From NCBI GenBank assembly GCA_964016885.1, contig OZ024742.1:254572001-254636000 (forward strand): a DNA stretch of 64,000 nt, in the 5' to 3' direction. Origin of the DNA: Eledone cirrhosa. Lineage: Eukaryota. Below, in pieces: positions 49,401 through 61,100 of the stretch. Made by a program: the position numbers and the translations under genes. Positions within the stretch are counted from its first letter, which is position 1, and each line of letters opens with the position of its first letter. The notes beneath the pieces were generated by a model that saw only the letters and a list, made by a program, of their open reading frames with translations, ran no database searches and was not told the origin of the DNA.

Positions 49401-51105
49401 ATTTCATCTACCACTAACTTTAGGATATCAGCCAAATCTTGTCCTAGTCCGTCAGCATTCATCTCCTCAATGGCCGTATCTTTGTTCCAGGTATTATTTA
49501 ATTCAGCATTCAGATCATTGTCTGCTTCGGATGTTTCCTCCCTTCTCTCAACCTCTTCACCTTCATTTCCCACTGGACACGTTTGCCTGGCATACTCCAC
49601 TCTCCATTTCCAACCTAATCTCTCTGCTCAGTTCCTCCAATTCCAGCTCGCTTATCCACCCATTAGTTCTTATTACCCGAGCCTGCCCGGACAATTTTTG
49701 TTCATCTAATTTAAATAGACAAATCTCGTTCCAGATGTTAAGCATCCGTTTCTTATAGCCTTTTTCCTTGGAGTTACTCCTCAGGTAACATTGCATAACC
49801 GTTCTATTCAATTCTTTCGTCCAGTTGTTTCTGGTCCCTTTCCTTCTTCTTCTTCTTCCTCCAACACCAGCAGTATTTGGATGACAGCCAGGTCCCTGCT
49901 GCTGGGCAAGGGAGCACCTGCTGGGTGGGAGTCTGTCACATGACGTTCCAGTCTCCACTTCACCGTTATTCGAACTGTTTAGGTTCGACATTTAAACACA
50001 CATATCGAGGATTGGTGAATGTATGGTTACATAACCACCGGTGATTTCATCACCCCCAGTGATTTGATCACCCCCGGTGATTTTAGCGAGGCACTATCAC
50101 GCTGTAGACGAACATAAATAAATAAACAAATAAATAGGTAAAAACTTTAAAAAATAAACATAAGTTTCATTGTAATGTTTGAATGTCTGACTTAGTGTTT
50201 TTTTTTTTGTTTTGTTTTTTTCTCTTTACGGTTTTCGTTGCTGCTGCGCTGTTTTGATTTTAGCTTCACGGGAAGTAGGGCTGTTGCGTTCAAAACTTTT
50301 GAAATTTGTTTCGACTTGTTGCTTATCATTATTATTATTATCAGCCGAGGTTAACCTTGCCCTCCATCCCCAATTGATGGCCTTGTGCCAAAAGTAGCAA
50401 CAATTATTATTATTATTATATTATACGGGGTCGATAAAACAAAGCACCAGCAATGCACTGGGCAATTGCTGGCCTTGCGCCAAAAAAAATAGAAACAATT
50501 ATTATTATTATATTATAGTTTAGATTTGACATCGTTTAAACTAAACACTTTGAGAAAGTTTTAGAGGTACAGCAGCAATAATGTTTTTGGTGTTGTTGTT
50601 GCTTCTGACCGGGTCACCAAATCAGTCTATATCTTTTGATACCTTCCTCGCTTAGTGGGACTACTACTATCCCTCTGTCTTAACAGTAGGTAGTGGGAGA
50701 GAATAGCGGCGGTAGCGATAATGTTGCAGTGGTGGTGATGTGATAGTAGTACTGTAGTGATGGTCTTGAAGTAGCCGTTGGTTTGGCTAGATTTTTTGTG
50801 TGTGGTAGTGGTGATGTTGGCGGTGGCGCTGGTGGTGTTGGTGGTGAAATTATTTGCCTGTTGTTTGTAGCCATGTAGCCATTTTTCTTTTTTGAGTATA
50901 ACATTTCTGATCCAAAATTAAATATTAAATATTGGGGCCCTATGCCATAATGTGATGCGTTGTCACTTCCTGAGAGCAAAAAACTCTAATCTTATGTTCC
51001 ATTTGTAATAAGAATTATTCTATCACAATTGTTTTAAATACGTAAAAATCAAAATCTTACGGTAGCGATTCCATAACACTCTATCCACCACGTGCGTATC
51101 TTCCC
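46485..51105 (-). mobile_element. Full-length Dong/R4 subfamily B copy with disrupted ORF
   Basis: ORF pieces 49563-49991, 49307-49600, 48986-49249, 47732-48949 and 46788-47426 are colinear with A1. The 5' end reads GGGAAGATACGCACG. Confidence 0.93.
50344..50500 (+). mobile_element. Two truncated SINE fragments inside the 5' UTR of the B copy, carrying clustered T>C changes
   Basis: Compared by eye with the intact SINEs at 10285, 34651 and 42515. Confidence 0.85.
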
Positions 51106-51155
51106 TTCATTTATCTTCCCTTCAATTTATCTTCCTTTCATTTATCTTCCCTTCA

Positions 51156-51184
<29 letters not shown>

Positions 51185-51188
<4 letters not shown>

Positions 51189-53550
51189 GTTATTGTTATT
51201 CCTTGAATCTCAGTCATTGATGTTGGTTAACTGGAAAGTCCGTTGGATTGAATATCAAGCCACTACCTGCAGCCTCAGATATTCAGGACGTATCGGAGGG
51301 TTCTTGCTGTTCCAAGCAAGCATGCCTTTTGAAGCGTTCCAAAAAGCGTGAAGGGGCCGATTTTCTTTAACCATCCCTGGAAACTTTTGGAGATAGTCCC
51401 CAGTGCGCCTATGACAATCGGGATCACTTTGACTTCATGGCAGTTCCAAATCCTTTTCACCTCCCACTTTAGGTCCTGGTATCGGTTAATTTTCTCCCTC
51501 TCCTTCTCTTGCACTCTCGTGTCGAACGGGCAGGCCACATCCACAATCAGGCACGATCTTTTTTCTTTGTCCACAACCACCAGGTCAGGTCTATTGTGCT
51601 CCAGTTTTTTGTCCGTCTGTATCCTAAAATCCCACAGCACCTTCACCTGACTGTTCTCCATCACCGCCTCTGGCCTATGCTCATACCATTTCTCAGAATG
51701 TGGTAGATTGTTTACTTTGCACAGGTGCCAGTGGATCACCCTGCCCATCACATCGTGTCTCCAGCCCTTATAGTGGGTCTGGGCTAGGTGTTTGCACTCG
51801 GACACAATGTGAGCCACAGTCTCCTCTCTCTCTCCACAGATCCTGCACATTGGGCTAGCCTCCTCCATGTCTGTGGATCTCTAAATTCAGTTTTCTCAAA
51901 GAAGGTACTATGAAGGGATTTTCCCTTAAGGCTGCTCTTCCTCCTTGATGTTATTTCCTCCCTGGACATCCCCTGGCCTACTGTACCCTCCTTCAGTACA
52001 GTTCTGAGCATTGGCTCCTTACTATAGGTCACGTATTCGTATAGGTTGTTTTTCTCCATCTGAACACAGTCCTCTATGCTGATAAGACCTCTTCCACCCT
52101 CAGATCTCCTTAGGTAGAGTCTATCGACATCACTCCTCTTGTGGAACATGTAGATAGTCAATAGCTTCCTAGTCTTCCTATCCATTTCTTTTTGTTCAGC
52201 AACATTCCATCTCAGAATTCCCGCACTGTACCTAATAATAGACACAGCTCGGGAATTTACTGCGCTTATAGCATTTCTGCTGTTCAGATGTGACTTCAAT
52301 ACGCTCCTTACTCTCCGAATGTATTCAGTTCTTAACAATTCCTTCATTTTTTTGTTCTTTATGCCATCAGCCTCCAGAACGCCCAAATACTTGTATCCTT
52401 CCTCAGAGTCAATTTCCTTTATCATCTCACCTGTTGGTATCTGGATCCCGTTACTTCTGCTCAACCTACCCCTCTTCATCACAATGACTCCACATTTACC
52501 AATACCAAACTGCATACATATATCACTGCTGAAAATACGGACAGTGTCAACAAGCACATCCAACTCCTTCTCACTTTTCCCGAAGAGCTTAAGATCGTCC
52601 ATGAAGAGGAGGTGATTGATGGTAAGCTCTCCCCTTCCCAACTTGTATCCTGCTCTCACTTTTCGCAGCATAATGGTCAAGGGCATCAGGGCAAGGACAA
52701 ACAACAGAGGGGACAGGCTATCTCCCTGGAAGATACCTCTCTTGATCTTCACGCTTCCCAAGGATACTCCAGTTGATGTCAACTCTGTCTCCCAGGACCC
52801 CATACTCCTGCCTAGCAACTGTCTGATGTTATCTGCCACCCTGAAGATCTCCAGGCTTTTGGTGATCCAGGAATGAGGCACCATGTCAAATGCCTTTCTG
52901 TAGTCTATCCATCCCATGGCAAGATCAGTGTGTCTCCTCCTGCAGTTCCCCATTACCATCTTATCAATAAGCAACTGGTCCTTTGTACCACGTGACTTCT
53001 TTCGGCATCCTTTCTGTTCGTCCGGTAACAAGTTGTTTGTGTGGAGGTGATGGTAGATTTCCTCAGACACAATGCTCGTCAACAGTTTCCACATTACGGG
53101 CAGACATGTGATAGGTCTATAGTTGGTAGCATCATTACCCTTGATTCGGTCTTTCATTATCAGAACTGTGGTACCTTTTGTCAACCACTCTGGCACCTCA
53201 CCCGACACCAAGCAGTCATTGAACATGGCCGTCAGCTTCGGGTGGAGGGATGTTAGATGTTTAATCCAATACCCCTGCACACCATCTGGGCCTGGTGATT
53301 TCCAGTTGGTTAGTTTTTTGGCTTGCCCCTTAAGAGTTTCAACTGTGATACTCAAATCAGTCTGTTGCTGTGCCTGCTCACCGATCTCCCTCTGTACTGT
53401 TTCAATCCACCCTGCCTGGGCATTGTGTCTAACATCCTGCTCCCATATTCCTCTCCAGAATGTCTTAGTTTGTTCCGCCCCAGGGATCAAGTCGTTGCCT
53501 CTTTCTTTGCCCTCAAGCTGTCCAAACAGCATCTTCTGGTTGCTGTCGAA

Positions 53551-53551
<1 letters not shown>
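51185..53551 (-). mobile_element. 5'-truncated young Dong/R4 A copy with a ~106-bp internal deletion at ~51866
   Basis: ORFs 51784-53553 and 51275-51868 are nearly identical to A1 and A2. TCC microhomology at the deletion. (TAA)n on both sides. Confidence 0.93.
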
Positions 53552-53593
<42 letters not shown>

Positions 53594-53595
<2 letters not shown>

Positions 53596-55716
53596 AGCTG
53601 CATTTATCTTGCTTTATGTTCATACGAGTTATCACCAAGTCCCAACCAGTGACCTCAAGAGACAACAAGGTCCGCCATGTTCAAGAAAGAACATACATAC
53701 TCACACATGCATCTTTAGTGTTTAGACTTGTTATGTACTTATATTGACAGAATCTTCCTTAGTATATGGGCAGTTCCCATTAGTACTATCTTTTGTATTT
53801 CTCCTATACGCGGGTTTCCTGGGATTTGCGATAAGTAATCATTAGACCCCTTAGGTATCATTCCGAGAGCTCCGACAACCACTGGTATTTCCACATTTTT
53901 CCAATTTCTATCTCCAGGTCCTTATACTTGCTCAATTTTTCAAATGTTTTTATAGATACATTCTTGTCTATTGGAACGGACATATCAATTAGCAGGCATA
54001 CCCTCTTTTTAAAGTCCTTCAATATTATATCAGGTCTATTTGCATCTATTTTTCGGTCTGTTTGAATGCTAAAGTTCCACAAGATTAAGATGTGATCTTT
54101 TTCAAGTATGGGAGGTGGTTGATGCTCCCACCAATTCTTTTGATGGGGCAGGTCAAAATGCTTACACATTATCTAATGTATGTATTGTGCAGCTCTGTCA
54201 TGCCTGTTTAGGTATTCGGTTGGAGCTATAGGACTGCACATTGAAATTATATGGTCAATGGTCTCTGGTTGTTTTTTACATACACGGCATAATGGGCTGC
54301 ATCCGTTTTTTATTATGTTGGCTTGGTAATTTTTTGTTGGCAGACACTGATCTTGTGCTGATATAATCAGTCCTTCAGTCTCCGATTTCAGTCCAGAGGA
54401 TGCCAACCACTGATGGGTTAAAGTTTTGTCAACATCAGGATTGTTAGCTCGTTCTGGGTATTTTCCATACAGACGCCTTTCTTGCCATTTCTTAGCCAGT
54501 TTCTGTAGCAGTTCTTTTACCTGCTTTGCTTTTTCTGTGTTTTCCCTTTCAGCAGTAAATGGGACTTCTGAAATGTGTAGTCCATTACTGTATCTTTGTG
54601 CATCTTTTGTAATGGTGTATGATCTTTTGGTGCTTTCGTGTTTCAAAACGAGTTTGATCATCCAACCATGTGATTCCCTTAGATATGTAGATAATCCAAT
54701 TGTTGCAGTTTTCAACGCAATGTCTAACTGGATTAACCCACGTCCTCCTTCTTTCCTAGGGAGATATATTCTATTTGTATCTGCCTTCGGGTGATGCATT
54801 CTGTGCATGGTTAAGAATTTTCGAATTTTTGTATCGAGCCTACGGATCTCTGTGCTTGACCAGTTGATGACATTGTAACTGTAGGTTACTACTGGTATGG
54901 ACACAATGTGAGCCACAGTCTCCTCTCTCTCTCCACAGATCCTGCACAGTGGGCTAGCCTCCTCCTTGTAGATATGGTGCTTCAACCACTTCGTTTTGAG
55001 GGCCTGCTCCTGCGCAGCCATTAGCATTCCTTCTGTAGCCTTTTTGAGGTCTCCTCTTCTCAACCAGTTCCATGTCTGTGGATCTCTAAATTCAGTTTTC
55101 TCAAAGAAGGTACTATGAAGGGATTTTCCCTTAAGGCTGCTCTTCCTCCTTGATGTTATTTCCTCCTTGGGTATCCCCTGGCCTACTGTCCCCTCCTTCA
55201 GTACAGCTCTGAGCATTGGCTCCTTACTATAGGTCACGTATTTGTATAGGTTGTTTTTCTCCATCTGAACACAGTCCTCTATGCTGATAAGACCTCTTCC
55301 ACCCTCAGATCTCCTTAGGTAGAGTCTATCGACATCACTCCTCTTGTGGAACATGTTGTAGATAGTCAATAGCTTCCTAGTCTTCCTATCCATTTCTTTT
55401 TGTTCAGCAACATTCCATCTCAGAATTCCCGCACTGTACCTAATAATAGACACAGCTCGGGAATTTACTGCGCTTATGGCATTTCTGCTGTTCAGATGTG
55501 ACTTCAATACGCTCCTTACTCTCCGAATGTATTCAGTTCTTAACAATTCCTTCATTTTTTTGTTCTTTATGCCATCAGCCTCCAGAACGCCCAAATACTT
55601 GTATCCTTCCTCAGAGTCAATTTCCTTTATCATCTCACCTGTTGGTATCTGGATCCCGTTACTTCTGCTCAACCTACCCCTCCTCATCACAATGACTCCA
55701 CATTTACCAATACCAA
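53594..55716 (-). mobile_element. Chimeric R4 insert: A-family segment (54900-55716) fused to the 3' half of a divergent R4 family (53594-54899)
   Basis: ORF 54173-55690 switches from ...EETVAHIVS to IPVVTYSYNVINW... and carries two GGRGL thumb regions and two CxxC regions. (TAA)n on both outer sides. Confidence 0.9.
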
Positions 55717-55777
<61 letters not shown>

Positions 55778-56650
55778 GGCGACCTACGTAGTAAATCGTA
55801 TCATCGTGAGCTCCGCAAAGGTTTGTTATTTCCGTTTGTTAAAAATTGACATTTATGGAAAATTTGTATTGTTAACTATATATAAGCGCACATACATTGT
55901 TTTCCGAAAAGGACACCCAAAACGATTGGGGCCTTGTGCCCAAAATTTAAACTTTTATGATTATCAAAAAATTTCTTTGAAAAAAATGGCTAATTCACCT
56001 CTGCACCAAGCAGCTGAGAGCCTTCCTCACAAATTAACACCTCACACCAACACCACCATTGTAAATGTTACTACGTTTGCCAACACTAAAAAAAATATAA
56101 GCAGTAGCAATATTTTAAATTTGACTCAGGCAGACATTCATTTCCCGCCATTACCAATGACTGCAAGTGTTAAAGCCGCCACCCCCACCACCACAGCGAC
56201 AACAGAAACAAAAGGAAAAAATAAATCAACTTGTGATGTCGAAATGTTTTCAACCAAAATGGACTCATCCACACCGAACACCACTGACGTCACCACCAAC
56301 ACAACTGAAACTAAAATTAATAATAACAAAAATAACGATAACAACAACAGCAACAATTACATTAAAAAAACCACCCTGAGTTTTGCCAGACTAGCCAAAC
56401 AGTGCGAAGCATTTACGGTAACTCAGGAGGAATTAGAAAATGGCAAAAAAATGGTAAAAAAAGATGCGTACAGGGTCAGCCCCCCCCCCTAATAAAATGG
56501 AGCATCGGCGCCTATGCACCGTGTCGTATCGAACAATTAATGTAAAATCGCGCCGAGTGGAACGGGCATCCGAGTCCCAAATCCAAAAACCTTTGGGACA
56601 TGTGTGGGCAAGAAAATCCCACATCAGACGTGGGCAGAAGTATGGAACCG
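55778..56650 (+). mobile_element. 5' end (5' UTR plus ORF1 start, ATG at 55986) of a probable Tx1/L1-like LINE
   Basis: Starts right after (TAT)n. Thr/Asn-rich N-terminus, then SFARLA and an RRM-like segment (TVSYRTI...IRRGQKYGTV) across a poly-C frameshift. Confidence 0.6.
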
Positions 56651-58132
56651 TGACTTTAATACGCTCCTTACTCTCCGAATGTTTTCAGTTCTTATCAATT
56701 CCTTCATTTTTTTGTTCTTGATGTCATCAGTTTCCAGACCACCCAAATACTTGTATCCTTCTTCAGTGTCAATTTCCTTTATCATCTCACCTGTTGGTAC
56801 CTGGATTCCGTTGCTTCTGCTCAATTTACCCCTCTTCATCACAAGGACTCCACACTTACTAATACCAAATTGCATTCATATATCATTGCTGAAAATACGG
56901 ACAGTGTCAACAAGCACATCCAACTCTTTCTCGCTCTTCCCGAAGAGCTTAAGATCGTCCATGAAGAGGAGGTGATTGATGGTAAGCTCTCCCTTTCCCA
57001 ACTTGTATCCTGCTCTCACCTTTCGCAGTATAATGGTGAGGGGAATCAGGGCAAGGACAAACAACAGAGGGGACAGACTATCTCCCTGGAAGATACCTCT
57101 CTTGATCTTCATGCTGATGTTAACTCTGTTTCCCAGGACTTCATACTTTCGCCCAACAACTGTCTGATGTTATCTGCCACCTTGAAGATCTCTAGGATTT
57201 TGGTGATCCAAGAATGAGGCACCATGTCAAATGCCTTTTTGTAGTCTATCCATCCCATGGCAAGACCAGTATGTCTCCTCTTGCAATTCCTCATTACCAT
57301 CTTATCAATAAGTAACTGGTCCTTTGTACCACGAGACTTCTTTCGGCATCCTTTCTGTTCGTCCGGTAACAAGTTGTTTGTGTGGAAGTGATGGTAGATT
57401 TCCTCAGACATAATGCTCGTCAACAGTTTCCACATTACGGACAGACATGTGATAGGTCTATAGTTGGTAACATCATTACCCTTGATTCGGTGTTTCATTA
57501 CCAGAACTGTGGTACCTTTTGTCAACCACTCTGGTACCTCACCTGACATCAAGCAGTCATTGAACATGGTTGTCAGTTTCGGGTGGAGGGATGTTATATT
57601 TTTAATCCAATACCCCTGCACACTATCTGGGTCTGGTGATTTCCAGTTGGTTAGTTTTTTGGCCTGCCCCTTAAGAGTTTCAACTGTGATACTCAAGTCA
57701 GTTTGTTGGTGTGCCTGTTCACTAATCTCCTTCTGTACTGTCTCAATCCACACTGCCTGGTCATTATGTTTAACATCCTGCTCCCATATTCCTCTCCAGA
57801 ATATTTTAGTTTGTTCCGCCTCAGGGATCACGTCGTTGCCTCTTTCTTTCCCCTCAAGCTGTCCAAACAACATCTTCTGGTTGTTGTCAAACATGCGGTC
57901 TGTCTATACTGACTGACTCTGCTCTCGTATCGCCTAATTTTTGCACTCTTTGCTACAATGCGTTGTTTCAGTTCCCCTATGATAGTATTTAGCTTTTTCC
58001 TCCTAGTTTTGTACTTTATTTCCAGTCTATTTTTAGTGTCTATGTTTTTTAGTGTCCCATTCAGTAGGGACTCAAGCTTTCCAATGTCAGTTCTCATTTC
58101 CCTGATTTGACCACTCAGTCGTTTCTTCCACC
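56650..58132 (-). mobile_element. Internal fragment of Dong/R4 subfamily B lacking its 3' end
   Basis: ORFs 57828-58097, 57109-57894, 56876-57112 and 56624-56875 share B-diagnostic residues (NDVIPEAEQ, MKHRIKG). Confidence 0.9.
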
Positions 58133-58171
58133 ATTATTATTTTTTATTATTATTATCATTATTATTATTAT

Positions 58172-61100
58172 TATTGTTATTGTTATTCCTTGAATCTCAG
58201 TCATTGATGTTGGTTAACTGGAAAGTCCGTTGGATTGAATATCAAGCCACTACCTGCAGCCTCAGATATTCAGGACGTATCGGAGGGTTCTTGCCGTTCC
58301 AAGCAAGCATGCCTTTTGAAGCGTTCCAAAAAGCGTGAAGGGGCCGATTTTCTTTAACCATCCCTGGAAACCTTTGGAGATAGTCCCCAGTGCGCCTATG
58401 ACAATCGGGATCACTTTGACTTCATGGCAGTTCCAAATCCTTTTCACCTCCCACTTTAGGTCCTGGTATCGGTTAATTTTCTCCCTCTCCTTCTCTTGCA
58501 CTCTCGTGTCGAACGGGCAGGCCACATCCACAATCAGGCACGATCTTTTTTCTTTGTCCACAACCACCAGCTCAGGTCTATTGTGTTCCAGTTTTTTGTC
58601 CGTCTGTATCCTAAAATCCCACAGCACCTTCACCTGACTGTTCTCCATCACCGCCTCTGGCCTATGCTCATACCATTTCTCAGAATGTGGTAGATTGTTT
58701 ACTTTGCACAGGTGCCAGTGGATCACCCTGCCCATCACATCGTGTCTCCAGCCCTTATAGTGGGTCTGGGCTAGGTGTTTACACTCGGACACAATGTGAG
58801 CCACAGTCTCCTCTCTCTCTCCACAGATCCTGCACAGTGGGCTAGCCTCCTCCTTGTAGATATGGTGCTTCAACCACTTCGTTTTGAGGGCCTGCTCCTG
58901 CGCAGCCATTAGCATTCCTTCTGTAGCCTTTTTGAGGTCTCCTCTTCTCAACCAGTTCCATGTCTGTGGATCTCTAAATTCAGTTTTCTCAAAGAAGGTA
59001 CTATGAAGGGATTTTCCCTTAAGGCTGCTCTTCCTCCTTGATGTTATTTCCTCCTTGGGTATCCCCTGGCCTACTGTCCCCTCCTTCAGTACAGCTCTGA
59101 GCATTGGCTCCTTACTATAGGTCACGTATTTGTATAGGTTGTTTTTCTCCATCTGAACACAGTCCTCTATGCTGATAAGACCTCTTCCACCCTCAGATCT
59201 CCTTAGGTAGAGTCTATCGACATCACTCCTCTTGTGGAACATGTTGTAGATAGTCAATAGCTTCCTAGTCTTCCTATCCATTTCTTTTTGTTCAGCAACA
59301 TTCCATCTCAGAATTCCAGCACTGTACCTAATAATAGACACAGCTCGGGAATTTACTGCGCTTATGGCATTTCTGCTGTTCAGATGTGACTTCAATACGC
59401 TCCTTACTCTCCGAATGTATTCAGTTCTTAACAATTCCTTCATTTTTTTGTTCTTTATGCCATCAGCCTCCAGAACGCCCAAATACTTGTATCCTTCCTC
59501 AGAGTCAATTTCCTTTATCATCTCACCTGTTGGTATCTGGATCCCGTTACTTCTGCTCAACCTACCCCTCCTCATCACAATGACTCCACATTTACCAATA
59601 CCAAACTGCATACATATATCACTGCTGAAAATACGGACAGTGTCAACAAGCACATCCAACTCCTTCTCACTTTTCCCGAAGAGCTTAAGATCGTCCATGA
59701 AGAGGAGGTGATTGATGGTAAGCTCTCCCCTTCCCAACTTGTATCCTGCTCTCACTTTTCGCAGCATAATGGTCAAGGGCATCAGGGCAAGGACAAACAA
59801 CAGAGGGGACAGGCTATCTCCCTGGAAGATACCTCTCTTGATCTTCACGCTTCCCAAGGATACTCCAGTTGATGCCAACTCTGTCTCCCAGGACCCCATA
59901 CTCCTGCCCAGCAACTGTCTGATGTTATCTGCCACCCTGAAGATCTCCAGGCTTTTGGTGATCCAGGAATGAGGCACCATGTCAAATGCCTTTCTGTAGT
60001 CTATCCATCCCATGGCAAGATCAGTGTGTCTCCTCCTGCAATTCCCCATTACCATCTTATCAATAAGCAACTGGTCCTTTGTACCACGTGACTTCTTTCG
60101 GCATCCTTTCTGTTCGTCCGGCAACAAGTTGTTTGTGTGGAGGTGATGGTAGATTTCCTCAGACACAATGCTCGTCAACAGTTTCCACATTACGGGCAGA
60201 CATGTGATAGGTCTATAGTTGGTAACATCATTACCCTTGATTCGGTCTTTCATTATCAGAACTGTGGTACCTTTTGTCAACCACTCTGGCACCTCACCCG
60301 ACACCAAGCAGTCATTGAACATGGCCGTCAGCTTCGGGTGGAGGGATGTTAAATGTTTAATCCAATACCCCTGCACAACATCTGGGCCTGGTGATTTCCA
60401 GTTGGTTAGTTTTTTGGCTTGCCCCTTAAGAGTTTCAACTGTGATACTCAAATCAGTCTGTTGCTGTGCCTGCTCACCGATCTCCCTCTGTACTGTTTCA
60501 ATCCACCCTGCCTGGGCATTGTGTCTAACATCCTGCTCCCATATTCCTCTCCAGAATGTTTTAGCTTGTTCCGCCCCAGGGATCAAGTCGTTGCCTCTTT
60601 CTTTCCCCTCAAGCTGTCCAAACAGCATCTTCTGGTTGTTGTCGAACATGCGGTTCTGTTTATACTGACTGACTCTGTTCTCGTATCGCCTGATTTTGGC
60701 ACTCTTTGCTACAATGCGTTGCTTCAATTCCTCTATGATAATATTTAGCTTTTTACTCCTAGTTTTGTATTTTATTTCCAGTCTATTTTTAGTGCCTATG
60801 TTTTTTAGTGTCCCATTCAGTAGTGACTCAAGCTTTCCTATGTCATTTCTCATTTCCCCGATTTGCCCACTCAGTCGCTTCTTCCACCACGGCTCTGCTC
60901 TTTCTTGTCTGTTGTTTCCTCTCGCTTTTATACCAAGTAGTTTCCTCACCGTATTTGCTGTTGCTTTGAGGATATTGTTGCACTGGTGAAGACTCCTCGC
61001 CTCAAGGTATGGGATGACTTTGTTTACCTTAGCTGTTGTTTCTTTTAACTTTTTCCTGTCTACAAATCTTAGGTTCATAGGTCTCCCACTATCATTGTTC

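Noticed and set aside
51097-51158. CRISPR-like short repeats (also 18210-18395 and 21777-21822)
   Set aside because: No spacers, no cas genes and a eukaryotic context. They are simple tandem duplications.
55476-55985. N-terminal half of the 338-aa ORF 55476-56492
   Set aside because: It runs through antisense R4 sequence and a (TTA)n tract. The plausible start is the ATG at 55986.
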